Origin: Moniliella sp. 'wahieum'
Taxonomy: Eukaryota
Length of the DNA stretch: 64,000 nucleotides
Direction of reading: 5' to 3'
Assembly (NCBI GenBank): GCA_003971905.1
Contig: RSEE01000016.1
Coordinates: forward strand, 744,001-808,000
The notes under the pieces were generated by a model. That model was not told the origin of the DNA. It made no database searches and worked only from the letters and a program-made list of their open reading frames with translations. Below, in pieces: positions 49,249-60,781 of the stretch (the stretch's first letter is position 1; each line of letters opens with the position of its first letter). The position numbers and the translations under genes were made by a program.

Positions 49249-50628
49249 ATGCAGCTCACTACCTTGTTCTCCTTCGCCGTCTCGGCTGCCACGCTGGTCT
49301 CGGCTGGCAGCCTGTCGAAACCGCAACTGGCACGCAAACATGCTGCCCGCCGCTCCGACAACACTTATACTCCAGGGCCTGGTCACTGGAACAAGACGAC
49401 GCCTCTGGCCTACCCCAAGTGGACGTGGGGGAAAAACTCTAGCGATGTTATGTACGGCGTCAACCTGGGCAACTACTTTGTCCTAGAACAATGGATGGAT
49501 GCGGCCTGGTTCAACCAAACTGCCCCGGGCGCAGAGGATATGTGGCACTTTATCAAGTCGTTGGGGTCAACCAAGGCGATCGAGGTGCTGGAACAGCACT
49601 ACGATACCTGGATCAGCGAGGCTGCTGTCCAACGCATGTATGAAGCCGGTATCAATACCGTCCGTATCGGCATGGGCTACTGGTCTTGGATGAAGACGGA
49701 CAGTGATGAACCGTACGTATTGCCTCTCATATGATGCTTTGGGGTGGTAAAACTGGCATCTGACATTTCACTGCGGTGCTCTCAGCTACGTGTATGCCAA
49801 CGATCTCTATTACCTTGAGCGTCTGTTGGGTTGGTTGTACGACCGCGGGATGTACGCCATGATTGATATGCACGCGATGCCGGGCGGGCAAAATGGGGGT
49901 CCCACCGGTGGGCACAACACAGCCCACTACAGTTTCTTTACCGATGCCAACCAGCACCGGGGCGACCACGTGATTAACTCGGTGGCTGACTATATCCAGA
50001 GCAGCAAGTATGGCAACGTCGTTTCCTCCGTCCTGGTAGTCAACGAGCCTTGCGGCAGTACCGCCTGCGCAGGCCAAACCGGTACGAAGGACCAGGGCAA
50101 GGTCCTGGCGCAATTTTACGAGCGTTCTTACAAGTCGCTGAGCAAGCGCCAGATTCCCATGGTTTTCCACCATGGCTGGGTCAAGGATCACCTGCTGGGT
50201 TGGTTGGACTTTGTCAAGGGCAAAGATCCCAGCCTACTCATTGGTTCGGACAACCCTTATCCCGGGGGCTTCTCCGCTGGCCATTCGACCAACAAGACTG
50301 AAGTCCTTGACAAGGTCTGCGGCTATGCCAAGCAATACTCCGAGTACCCTGTCCCCGTCGTCGCTACCGAGTTTTCCATGGTCAACTCCATCTCCGACCC
50401 CAACTTCAACGCGGAATATTACAAGGCGCAAGTAGCAAACTACGCCAAAGCAGCCGGCAGCGCGTTTTGGTCCTACCGTGTTCGGCCAACTACGACGCTG
50501 TTCAATGGTCCTGGACCGCCGCTTTGAACCGGGGCATGATCCCCAAGCCCAACAGTACCCACCGCAGTCGCGCTGCAGCCAAGAAATTCATCGCCTCCTG
50601 GACCGATGCGTACCAATGCGAGTTTTAA
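49249..50628 (+). CDS. Secreted GH5 exo-beta-1,3-glucanase-like glycoside hydrolase
   Basis: Signal peptide; GVNLGNYFVLEQWM, HYDTWISE, GINTVRIGMGYW, IDMHAMPGGQNG, acid/base VNEP, nucleophile ATEFS, GSAFWSY; intron ~49712-49785; probable true stop 50626-50628 after a frameshift. Confidence 0.9.
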
Positions 50629-52843
50629 GGTGGTTTGCATCCCCCTTTCTATCTGCCCTCTGCGACTCTTTCTGTCGTTTTCCGTTTTAACTTTTGCTCC
50701 TGTCTTATCTCTCGTCTTTTGTACTCGTCTCCTCCACCTCATCCCAGCACACCTTTGGAACGGACATTCGTATTGCTACAACCAGTGCGCGCCCCTATGT
50801 GCTTGTGGTGAGCCACCGGCCGAGGGGCCCCGAAGGGGAGAAAAGCAAAATATAAGCATTGATCAGAGGCGGAGCAATGACGTATACTGGAAAGAAGCTT
50901 GTTACACGCTACGTGCACAAGTATATCGAAACGGCCGAGTGAGATGTGCGGGGTCATCGACATAACCAAAAAACGCGTTAAATATAACGTGTTGAACATT
51001 ACGTTTATCGATCAGAGTACGTCTCGTTGCATCAAAGCAGCGTAGATAGCCCCCCCCCCATCCTCCCCTGACTGACCAGTTTTGGACTGCAGGTGTACTG
51101 CCCTGCCATGCTGCCTCCACAGGCGCGCACAGGCCATCTCGTGCGATAAGGAGACCGCATCATCCTCAAAGGGCATACAACCGTTGTTTTGCGCTCCTAA
51201 GTAGTATAATATACGCGCGCAGCCGCTCTATTTTTATCCTTCGTCATAATGCATCATCCCACCCGTCTTGTCGCCATGTCGCTTATAGGCTGTCGATCGA
51301 ATCGCTGTTGTTGAACCCCATAAGAGTCGGCCTACCCACACGACGTGGTACGCTTATATGCGCGTGCTACACTGGGGACTCGTTTCTCTGGACTTGTATA
51401 TGCCTACTGCATTTTTACCCCTTATTTTCCCCGCCCCTCGGTCCCAGCCACACCCATTGTATATTTTCTGTGCTCCTTGGGTTAAATCCGCCTCGAGGAG
51501 ACTATTCCCGGCATCTGGCGCAGCCATCTCGTGTACGCTCGTATGTGCGTTGTTTCCCGCATGCATATCCCCCAAACACGAGACGACCAGTTGCTTGTTT
51601 AGTAGAGGGTGGCGCTCACTATTCCTGCGGTGGCTCCGTATACAGTAGGGGAGCGTGCGCCAGTGGGAGAGAGGGCGCAGTAGGGCGGGGTTTGCTGTCC
51701 CACGCGAGCCTGATCACAGCGGTGAGTGAGTACCGTGTATACTGCGCCGAGCAGGGAAGAGCTGCGCTGGGTCGGAATTAACTGGGTCTGAAAGGGTCCT
51801 TTCAGTGCTTTGCATCTTTTAAGATAGTCCGTGTTACGCGTTACGTGTTAAGTTTGGCGTGCAGCGCGTATAGCGTGTGCGCGTCACACGCGCTGCTGCG
51901 CATTGCTAGCTAATAAGCGGGCCATTGTGTTCGTCCGCAGGCAATCCAGAGTCCCACGCACAAGGGGTTTGCTCTGGGTGTCGCCACCGGTTGCCACCCA
52001 GCAGCACACCCAACAACACAGTTGTCGGATGCTCGATGCCCGAAGACGCGCAGGTCCGGCGACCGAGCCCTCTGAGACAGCGGGGAGGGGTGCTACCGGC
52101 GCCACGCTGTGCGCTGGGGTGCCATGTGCATGATTGCATCATATATGAGACGTGGGTGCATGATGTACAGGATGATGTCGATTGAGTACGGGTACATGAG
52201 GGTGGGCCAGGGGCATGACCACACGCAAAGCTTGGGGGCTGCGGTTAAAATGGGCGGACGCCTGCGGAGGCGCGGAGAGGCTGGGCAGGACTGGGCGGCT
52301 GGATGTACATATTGCCGAGACAATCGGCACCCTGCCAGTGTGCGCAGCCCTCGTCAGCGCATTCGCACCCGCCTCCTGCGGCCTACTGCGTGCCTGCAAG
52401 GACTGCAAGGACAGCCTCGGCGCCCAGGACGCCAAGGGAAGGGTGGCGCGATGTGGTGCCAGGCCGCACGGGGGCAGCGCCCGAGGGCGGTGCGATTGTT
52501 CTGATCTCAGAGGAGTGTCGATGGCCATCGATGGTTGATGATCGGTCTGATCGATGATCGATGACCGTGCAGCGCCTGTTGGTGCGTGTGACGTGGATGC
52601 GTGCTGGTGCTGGGCGGGGCGGGACTGTGCTGGTCGGGGGCCCCGCCCGGCCAGCTGCATTTATATTCCGAGCCCGTGTGCGTCCCTCTACCATCGCCGT
52701 GGGTTTGCGCAGCCGCAGGTATGCTGCTCCTCTCCGCCTGTCGGCTCCAGTAGAAGCACGCCGCCTTGAGTGCCCTGGCCCTCCTTTCCTTCCTCCTCCC
52801 CCTCCCCCGCCCCCGCCCCCCCCCCCACCCTCCGCCGACCGAC

Positions 52844-54484
52844 ATGCGCTCCCCTCCACCTTCGGCGTTTCCCGCTGCTCACCACACCACCTTCTCGTCA
52901 TCTGCCCCCTGCCCCGTGGGAGCCATCACCGATATTCTCGCCCGATCTGTCCTGGTCCAAGCAGGCCCCTTCGCTTTCGCCTTTGTCCTCACCCCCTCCG
53001 ATGGGATTTCCAGTGATGATACATCCTCCTCATCCGGTTTCCCATCCGACCCAGAAACCCAGGGGGACAATCCCGACCATGCTGCTATCTGTACCCACCT
53101 TATCTTGGCCCATCCCGCACAGATCGGTCCTCTTTGGCCTGGGACCCATCCTACTGTGAGGTTGGCCACCAGCAACGATCGGGCCAGATGCCTCGGGATT
53201 TAGCCCGTATTCGGACTACCCAACCAGACGCTGGGCAGCGAGGGAGCAGGGCGAAGGCCAATCTTGGAACCCCCTACCACGGCTCCCCTCATGTCATTGC
53301 CATCGCCGTCCTTGAGCTGGGATAATACTCCATATGTACCCTTGAAGCCGACGGATCGGCCGCTGGCGCACAGGCAACGGGGTACCTCACAACGTCTTCG
53401 CCTTTCTCGTCTCGACACTGCTCCTACCACGAATGGGCACTCACGTTCTCCCCCGACTCTTCCGTCGCCAATGGTCGCCTTGCCCGAGCCGGACGCGAGC
53501 AGAAAGTCATACTAACCTGGCGCGAAGAATCGGCTCTTCCATCACCTTGTAAACGTCTAGGTCGAAAGGAGAACTCGATCAGTTGTGTTATCCCCGGATT
53601 TCTCTTCCTCGGCCAGACATTGCCTGCGCCTCGGATGTGGACCTTCTGCACAACTTGGGCGTTCGAAGAATCCTCAATGTGGCGTGCGAAATCCCCGACG
53701 GTGCGCGCCTGAACTCAACTTGCGAACTCAATTCCAACAGTATCGCCGCATTCCACTCCAAGACTCGATTCAAGCAGAAGGGGTAGAAGATGCGATTGAT
53801 GAAGTTTGTGATTTTTTGGGTATGTACATTTGGGACGTCCTAGAAAGCTATTGCGTTGTGCTTTCTTCTCGCTGACCCAGTTACTATGATAAGGCAAAGC
53901 CGACAAGGAATCTGCTCCCACCTACGTACACTGCCGTGTAGGTCAAGCCGTTCAGTGATGGTAGTAATGGCATATCTGATGTATGCCCGCCGTTGGCGGT
54001 GGAGAAGGCGTATCGTTACGTTGCCCTCTCACATCCATCCGCCTCGCCAAACCTCGGTTTTGTCTCTGCATTGCTCCACTTTGAGCATCGCCTGGGCCTC
54101 AACCCCCTCTCAGACTCGAGTGAATCGCGTGCCCAAGACGTGCAACTGACTTCGGCACCGCCTTCATCTTCTGCTGTATGTCAGCCAGGGATCAGGGATC
54201 CACCTTTCTGGTCCTCATGTCAGCCGCCCGGCATGGTCCGTAACCACAGCCCCCCTAGTCCTTCCACCAAGAAGGAGGGCTCGCGCGACCGTGCTCTCTC
54301 TTCGGCCAGCTTTTCCTTGCCGGGATTGATGGCGGAAATGGGGCCCCAGAAGAGTCTTGCTCCGTTGCGTCCCCACCTTCCCTGTATTCACCCTAACGTC
54401 GGGACGATGGACGTTCTTTTAGTCAGCACGCCGCTATCTCAAGGCCGCTTCCCCCGCCTCGTTCACGAATCTGGCTTCGATTAA
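52844..54484 (+). CDS. Dual-specificity protein phosphatase (MAPK-phosphatase-like)
   Basis: VIPGFLFLG..LGVRRILNVACE, IPLQD, YVHCRVGxSRSVMVVMAYLM, SPNLGFVSALLHFE; GTATGT intron at ~53820; ends approximate. Confidence 0.85.
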
Positions 54485-55159
54485 CCCAGAACGACACCTC
54501 TGCCCTAGCGGATGCTACCGATCGCACCTGATTGGCCAAAATGGCCTTCAGACCTGTGGTTGTGTGATACCTCTTCACTCGGACTCTCCCTTCCCTCTTC
54601 CGTTCCCCCGCTTTTATCTGCAGGCGCCGTGAGCCAACTCGCTTGACGATTTGTACCCCCACCCCCCTCTCTTATTTTCCAATCCCTTCTCAACAAGCGA
54701 GTTCCCGTTCAAACCCCTCTCATTTCCTATCCCGCGCCACCACCTTTTGCGGCCCTGTCTTACTCTACCCCACCAATTCCCAGTTGCCACTGTACTCTTC
54801 CTCTAACCTCGTCTGCATGTATTATGTTTAAGACACTGCACCATCGCCTCGTCTCCTCCCTGCTCTCTCTTATTTACTACCTGTAGATGGCTGAACTGTT
54901 GGTTCGGCCGTTGACGACGCTGATAGATGCATTTACGTTTCAGTCCCTCTCTTTTTCTGGTACTCTAGACCCACCCCTGTTTTCGTCAAACCAGACACTC
55001 ATCTACACGTAGCGATGCGAGTGCCAACAGTGGCACGCATACCAGACGATCCAGGACGAAGCGCCACGGACCTCTGCTAACGAACATTAAAACAATGAAT
55101 GCAGCTGCCAGCCGCGGTGCTTGAAGCTTGAAACGATATCTTTGTACGATTTTATGCGA

Positions 55160-55647
55160 CTAGAAGACCACCGGGCCTACGGCCCGGTCAGCTGGGGCTT
55201 CGCCCCAGCTGTGCTGCGTCGCCACCTTAGCCACCGTTAATGATCCTGGTGACCCAGCGACGTCCTAAGTGCAGTTATGCAATGGCAGAGAGAAGACAGG
55301 AGCTGGGTTGAACCCAGACGGAGGATCAGAAGAAGAAGGAGAAGAAGGAGAAGAAAGGAGAGCGGCACTAGGCCAGGGGATAGGGATACTGGTGTGGTGC
55401 CCGGATGAGTAAGATGGTCAGGAGTGCCGCGGAGGTGGCGGCCCATAGGACCCTGGTCAACAACCGTTCCCCCCATCGCCACCTTAGCCACCGTCCACCG
55501 TCGCCATCGTAGCCTCCATTCCACGCTGGAGGAATTTTATCACCCATGTGCATGGCTGAGCGCGCGGGGTGGGTTGCGGGGCTGCGGCCCGCGCAAACAA
55601 CGCAAACAAATAGGTAAGCATGACGTAAAGTAAAAGGGGGTCTGCGA
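55160..55647 (-). mobile_element. Helitron-like 3' terminus / small non-autonomous Helitron
   Basis: Minus strand: hairpin ACCGGGCC-GTA-GGCCCGGT, 6 nt, then CTAG followed by T; second hairpin at 55189-55211; nearest candidate 5' A|TC at 55647 (others at 56985 and 57024). Confidence 0.6.
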
Positions 55648-56645
55648 TCTCGTCCATTTCATTGACAGAGCTTAAGGCTGGGACAGGGGGAACGCTACGT
55701 CTAAACCTAACCGTTCATCTTGCGGGGGTTACTTGGGGGCGCCACCAGGGTCAAGGGACCAGGGGGATCGCCAGGGTATCAGGACCCTCCGGCTCACGCC
55801 ATCCGGTCCCGTACCCTAGGAAGCGCGTGTGGACACGGAGGAACGTGGTTGACATCCGAGCGAGGAACCATCCACTGAGACTTGGTTGCCAACTCCTTCC
55901 AATGCGCAAACAACTTGCCCGCCGTCTTGGTGCCGTAGTATCCTCGCGTCGTCAAAACCAGGGGGAAAAACGGCTCTTGAGTGCGTCCCTGGTACTTGGC
56001 GTCTTGTCGATTCTGCTTGTTCAAGCATCCGAAGCAGCTCCTTCTCCCGGCGTTCCAAGGGGGTTGCGGTGCTCTCATGCAACCACCCTCCGGAACGCGC
56101 TCTGCGCCGCCAGTTGATCCCGTGTCGCGCAGCGTGTGGTCTACCTCCATTCCTGATCCTCCGAGTGCTCCGGGCCCCATCAGCGGTAGTCGGTGCGCTG
56201 CGGTCCTCTGTCTTCTCCATCCTCGTCCTCCACCATAGGTTCGTTGCGGACATGGGTGTCGGGGATGGAGCGTAGGAGCTGGAGAATGGGCTCCCGACTG
56301 CGTCATGCAACGCACCAAACTTGGCCTGGGAGCGGGTGCAAGACATGATGTGCTCCAGCGAGGACATGACCCCGCACTTGCACATGCTGCGCGTGATGCG
56401 GCACAGCGTGCGGAGCTGGAGACCGACCTGGACCTGCTGGTCGGAGCTTGAGGTACGGGACGGACGGAATGGCGGAGAGCCAGTTGTGGCTCAGCGGGTT
56501 GCTGTGCTCAACCACATGGCGACCATCGGCAGCGTCCAGCTTCTGGAGCAGCTCCTGTCGACTTTGCTCCCACATCTCGCGGCAGCGCTGGCGTTGCTTC
56601 GTAAATGCGTTGGCCCTTGCCGTTTGCGGTCCGAACGGGTCAACA
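55648..56645 (-). mobile_element. Copy 4 (longest): CRE/Cnl1-like non-LTR element C-terminal region
   Basis: KQRQRCREMWE..LLQKL..VEHSNPLSHNWLSAIPSVPYLKL, CKCG..EHIMSC, LHD, VDHT, DAKY, FFPLVLTTRG; no RT domain present. Confidence 0.85.
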
Positions 56646-56924
56646 TAAGTGGTAATAGTCTGCGATATAAAAAGGGAGATGCGATCTTTACACTGGCACG
56701 TCCGATGGACCAAACACCTTTTGGGATTCTCTACTAACCTGGGAATGCCTACCAGAAAGCTCAATGGCGTGTAGGCTCCTAGTACTATGATGCTCAGGCA
56801 AGACCCTTGCCTGATGACCTTAAAATCCCTCTTTCTTCTCTCGCCGTTAGTATCACTCCTACTAGGCTCCCCCTCACATCGGAGGGGAATTTTTCGCTAC
56901 TATATACAGTACGAGGAGACACCT

Positions 56925-56985
56925 GACGTAGCGTTTCCCTGTCCCAGCTTTAAGCTTTGTCAATGATATGGATGAAGAGTAGAGA
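56925..56985 (+). mobile_element. Copy 5: about 60-bp terminal fragment, inverted relative to copy 4
   Basis: GACGTAGCGTTTCCCTGTCCCAGCTTTAAGCTTTGTCAATGATATGGATG is the reverse complement of the 55655-55701 terminus. Confidence 0.8.
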
Positions 56986-57263
56986 TGCATAGCGCTTTTC
57001 CCATTTTAATATATAGAGTAGAGATAGCCCTGACGGATGACCGCCAATTCGTGGACCACGAGAAGGAGCGAGAGCATCGAGAATAAACGAGCGCAGAATA
57101 AGACATGGAGCAAAAAAGGCGTACTGATTGTTCACCATAGGGGGGAAGAGCGAGAGAGGGCGCGAAACACAAACTTGAAGCAGTCGTGGGAGGGGAATCA
57201 TTAATCATTATAGATGTGGCGATATGTGTACGATAGTGAGGTACTCGCACTGATGAGATGTTA

Positions 57264-58801
57264 CTAAGTCGTCTTCTTAGGGGCGGACCGGGAGGTAGGA
57301 TTCCAGTTGGAATACATGACCAGTTCACGGAAGTGGCAGGTAATGGACATAAAGTCACAGCAGTGAAGTAAGTGGGGGAGCAAGACGCCAAAGAAAAATA
57401 TGGCGCCAATCGAGGTGAACTCGCTCCGGTTACGCATTGTGATCCCACTGAAGTCATGATGCAATCATGTTGAGGGCCAAGAGCCAAACGGTGATCTGAA
57501 CCCTTCAAATGACCGGTACAACTCACGCCACCGGTGAGGTGGTGGATTAACTGCAAAGCTGGACACGAGCAAGGCAGAAAGTTGTGAGATAAAGTAAAAG
57601 AAAGCCCCCGAAAAACAAGAAGGAAGAAGAAGGACCGGCGGGAGATGACTTTGGTCTTCATCGCCGAAGGGTCGACTGTACCGTAGGCCCATACTTTAAT
57701 GAGGGGATGGCATGACGCAGCGTAAACTTGGAACCAGCCCTGGGTCCAGCGCATGCGCTGTTTAACCAATGCCATGAGCGTCTCAGGTGCCGTCTCATAC
57801 GATTGTACCTCAAGCATGTACTTGATCCGTGCACCGGAAACAATGGCACGTAGTGTCGAATCAATGTCTTCGGTAAGCATATGCTTTTGCATCCCGAGGG
57901 AGCGAAGCAGCGAGGCATTCCAATACCCGTTCGAACCACCAAACAAACCAAAGCGATGCGAGCGAGCTCGTCCAGGGTGGAACACGCCATAGATCATGTC
58001 AAACTCTGCTGCGATTAAGCGAGTGAGCCACGTTTCAGAGAAGTTGTAGATACAGCATCGACCTTGGATAATGTCCACATCACCTTTGTTGAACGCGCGA
58101 GCGACCCATTTGAGAGCGTAGCGAGAGGGGTAGTGGTCAGTATCAAAAATGGCAATGATTTCTGAATCGGATGGCAGAGAGAGGAAGTAATTGATATTGT
58201 CGGCCTTGGATGTCGAGTTGGGAACGGAAATCACATGCAGATGCTTGAAAAGTGTTGTCATCTCTTGCAGCTCCGTCTCGAGAGGTTCAATAGGCTTGGG
58301 AGTGTTGTATACCACATTTATTCGCAAGCGTGAAGTTGGGTAGTCAAGCTGGGTCAAGGCATAACGGATCTGCCTCTTGATGATGTATTGCTCATTGGGA
58401 AGGTAGGCAACAAGCACGATGTCCATCTTGGGGCATTTGTGCTCATTCTCCTTTCCATCCAAGTCCGGGAAGCCAACCTTGGCGACTTTGCGACGAGCCC
58501 GCCGAGACTCAATATTAGGCCGGATGGAGGCAGTGGCTTCACCGAGGACAGCGATGACAACAAATGTCTGGATCCAATGTAAGCATACCACAGCCCCGCG
58601 TTGAGCGATGCCGGGATAAGGATGTAGAAGAAGAGGCTGGAAACAAAGTACGTGACCATCAACGTGAGAGGGGTCCCTGCAAAGACGCAGTCACGTTAGC
58701 GTAGTCCAAGCAAAGAACTCCATATGGGGTGCACCACACATACATCCAATGATCCATGTTGATGCACGTTCAAACGAAGGAAGGCCCACCAGGGATGTCA
58801 T
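57264..58801 (-). CDS. Processive membrane GT2 glycosyltransferase (cellulose-synthase-like)
   Basis: N-terminal TM helices; DIVLVAYLPNE, SKADNIN, IFDTDH, LFGGSNGYW, LTEDID, KQRMRWTQGW (D,D,D,QxxRW); C-terminal TMs; intron ~58677-58744. Confidence 0.9.
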
Positions 58802-60604
58802 GGTTGGATCTTTCGTAGGGGGGGAGAAGCCCAAAGGAAAAGGGAGAGTCGCGGCGGAAGGGATGTTGTATTGTCCGTGACAGGCCGTGGAGAGCTGGTC
58901 TTTCAGTTTAATGAGGAACAAGCTTTTATACTTCGTACTACTTCGCATAGTTCCCGATAAAAGCTTTTCCGTTGAACTTTGACTATAGTGACTTGTTTTC
59001 ACAGTACTTGACGTATTATATATTCGGCTGTGACATGTGACGTCGGCAACGGTGTTTCAATCGCAGACGATCGGTACGCACCATGTCACAGTCGGTATAT
59101 CATCCGGTTCACTTGCATCACCTGGGCCACTAAAATTGCCTATTGCTTGCTTTATGACCTTTAGCGCCGACATGAGAGGCCGGAGACGAGGCCTGGCGTG
59201 ATTCATGGTGGGCCTGACAATCGATGATAAACGAAAACGTTAAACACGTTAAACGTTAGACAATTTAACCCTTACTCACATCTGATGCATGTAATGCATG
59301 ATGAATGATTAATGATTAATGATTAATCGATTGTCAATGTTTCAATGACTGCTCCTAAGGCCTAAGGCCTAAAGCTAGCTCTTACAGCTTACTATCGCTT
59401 GGCGATCGTCGATCGGACATCGAATATTGACACCCGACTGGGAAACTTGAAGCTTCACTCAGAGCTTCACCAGCTGTCAGTGACTAGTGGTGACTAGACC
59501 TCTGACGTTCTGGAACTGAGGTATGCTGGGATCAGACTGAGCGCTGAGCCTCAGCAGCCTCAGGCTGAGGCTTGAGGTGCTGAGGCAAGATGAAACAACT
59601 GTTGGGGGAACACAGCGAATGGGTACGAACGCAACAACGATCTCTCTTCGTGGCCGAACAGATGCATAAGGGAAAAGTGATGCTTTACCACAGGTTATAC
59701 CACCCACCTTTTGAGTACATACTCTCGCGATTGCTACACGCATTTTGAACAATAATGAGAGGCAATTGGCGGCTTTTTGCATTGCACATGAGCGACAGAG
59801 AGGCTATAGAGCCAAGATGGCTGCGCCATCCACAGGAAGAGAGCGAAGGAAAGAAAATCGCTGAAGGGAACCAGTTGTTTTTTGGAAACCTGTGTATGTC
59901 CTCATGTCATATGTCCATGTCATGATGTATAGAAGACCAGAGATGACGGGATCAGGCCCACCTGTGGTCATACATAGTCACCAGGTTTGTTGGAGCCTGA
60001 TTTGTTCTAGACCTTGTTCTTCCTTTGTCTATGATCCCCTTTCTTTTCTCTGTGTGATTCAGCTCGCCTGTATCTTCTCCGAGGTGGATATATCGCCTCC
60101 TTTGACCCCAATGAAGAGGATTCTGTGTGTTGCATTGCACATGAGCTAGTACAGAGGCTAGAGAATATTCCCGCCCTTCCTGAAGGAGTATTGGAAAGAA
60201 TGAACCGGAAAACGACCCGGACTTGGGCTACCAAAAGCAGCGTCACTAATACACCAGTGTAGCCCCATACATGATCACAAAGTCCGAGGAGCGCACCCGC
60301 CACACACCCTGCCACACCCCAAGGATGCGGAACACACACAAAAGGACTGGGGTTAAGCTCCGTGCACAGCACTCGGTACGAGGATTCCGTTGGCCTACGC
60401 TCATTTTGGAGTGGGTACTCAGTAACCTCTGTGAGTGAGAATATCTTTGACTGAGTATAAACCAACTACAGAAGAGTAACCTGAGGTCTGAGGTCTGGCC
60501 CTCAGGCCTCGGGTTAAACGTTAATGCCAAAAAAAGAAACTGCAGCGGAAGTACTCGCGTATACTGTTGAAACAGTATTAGGTTACGCGACTGTCATAGT
60601 TGGA

Positions 60605-60781
60605 TGATCTCACTGGCTCACTTCCACTTCCATTTCTCCGTCCGAGGGTCTCGCTCCTTCCCTGTTCTTCCGCTTCTCACCGTGTCCTCTGCTCTTGCTT
60701 CTTCCCCACGAGCGATTGCTACATCCCTTAGCCTAGTCCCGACTCTGGTCTACCTCGCCTTGGCCCCGAGAGACTGTGACA
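60605..60781 (+). repeat. About 170-bp dispersed repeat, copy B
   Basis: Close match to 42356-42522. Confidence 0.85.

Noticed and set aside
55700..55712. Telomere-like CTAAACCTAACC in the element terminus (telomere targeting as in MoTeR/Cnl1)
   Set aside because: Not conserved in the other copies and no TTAGGG arrays are present
56790..56830. Hammerhead-like hairpin followed by CTGATGA
   Set aside because: No stem II or GAAA and no correctly placed NUH; the hairpin fits a Helitron-type subterminal hairpin better
55648..56985. Cut-and-paste TIR transposon or RNA-guided nuclease (Fanzor-like) element
   Set aside because: No DDE or RuvC motifs and no TSD seen; the encoded motifs are CCHC + RLE of non-LTR type
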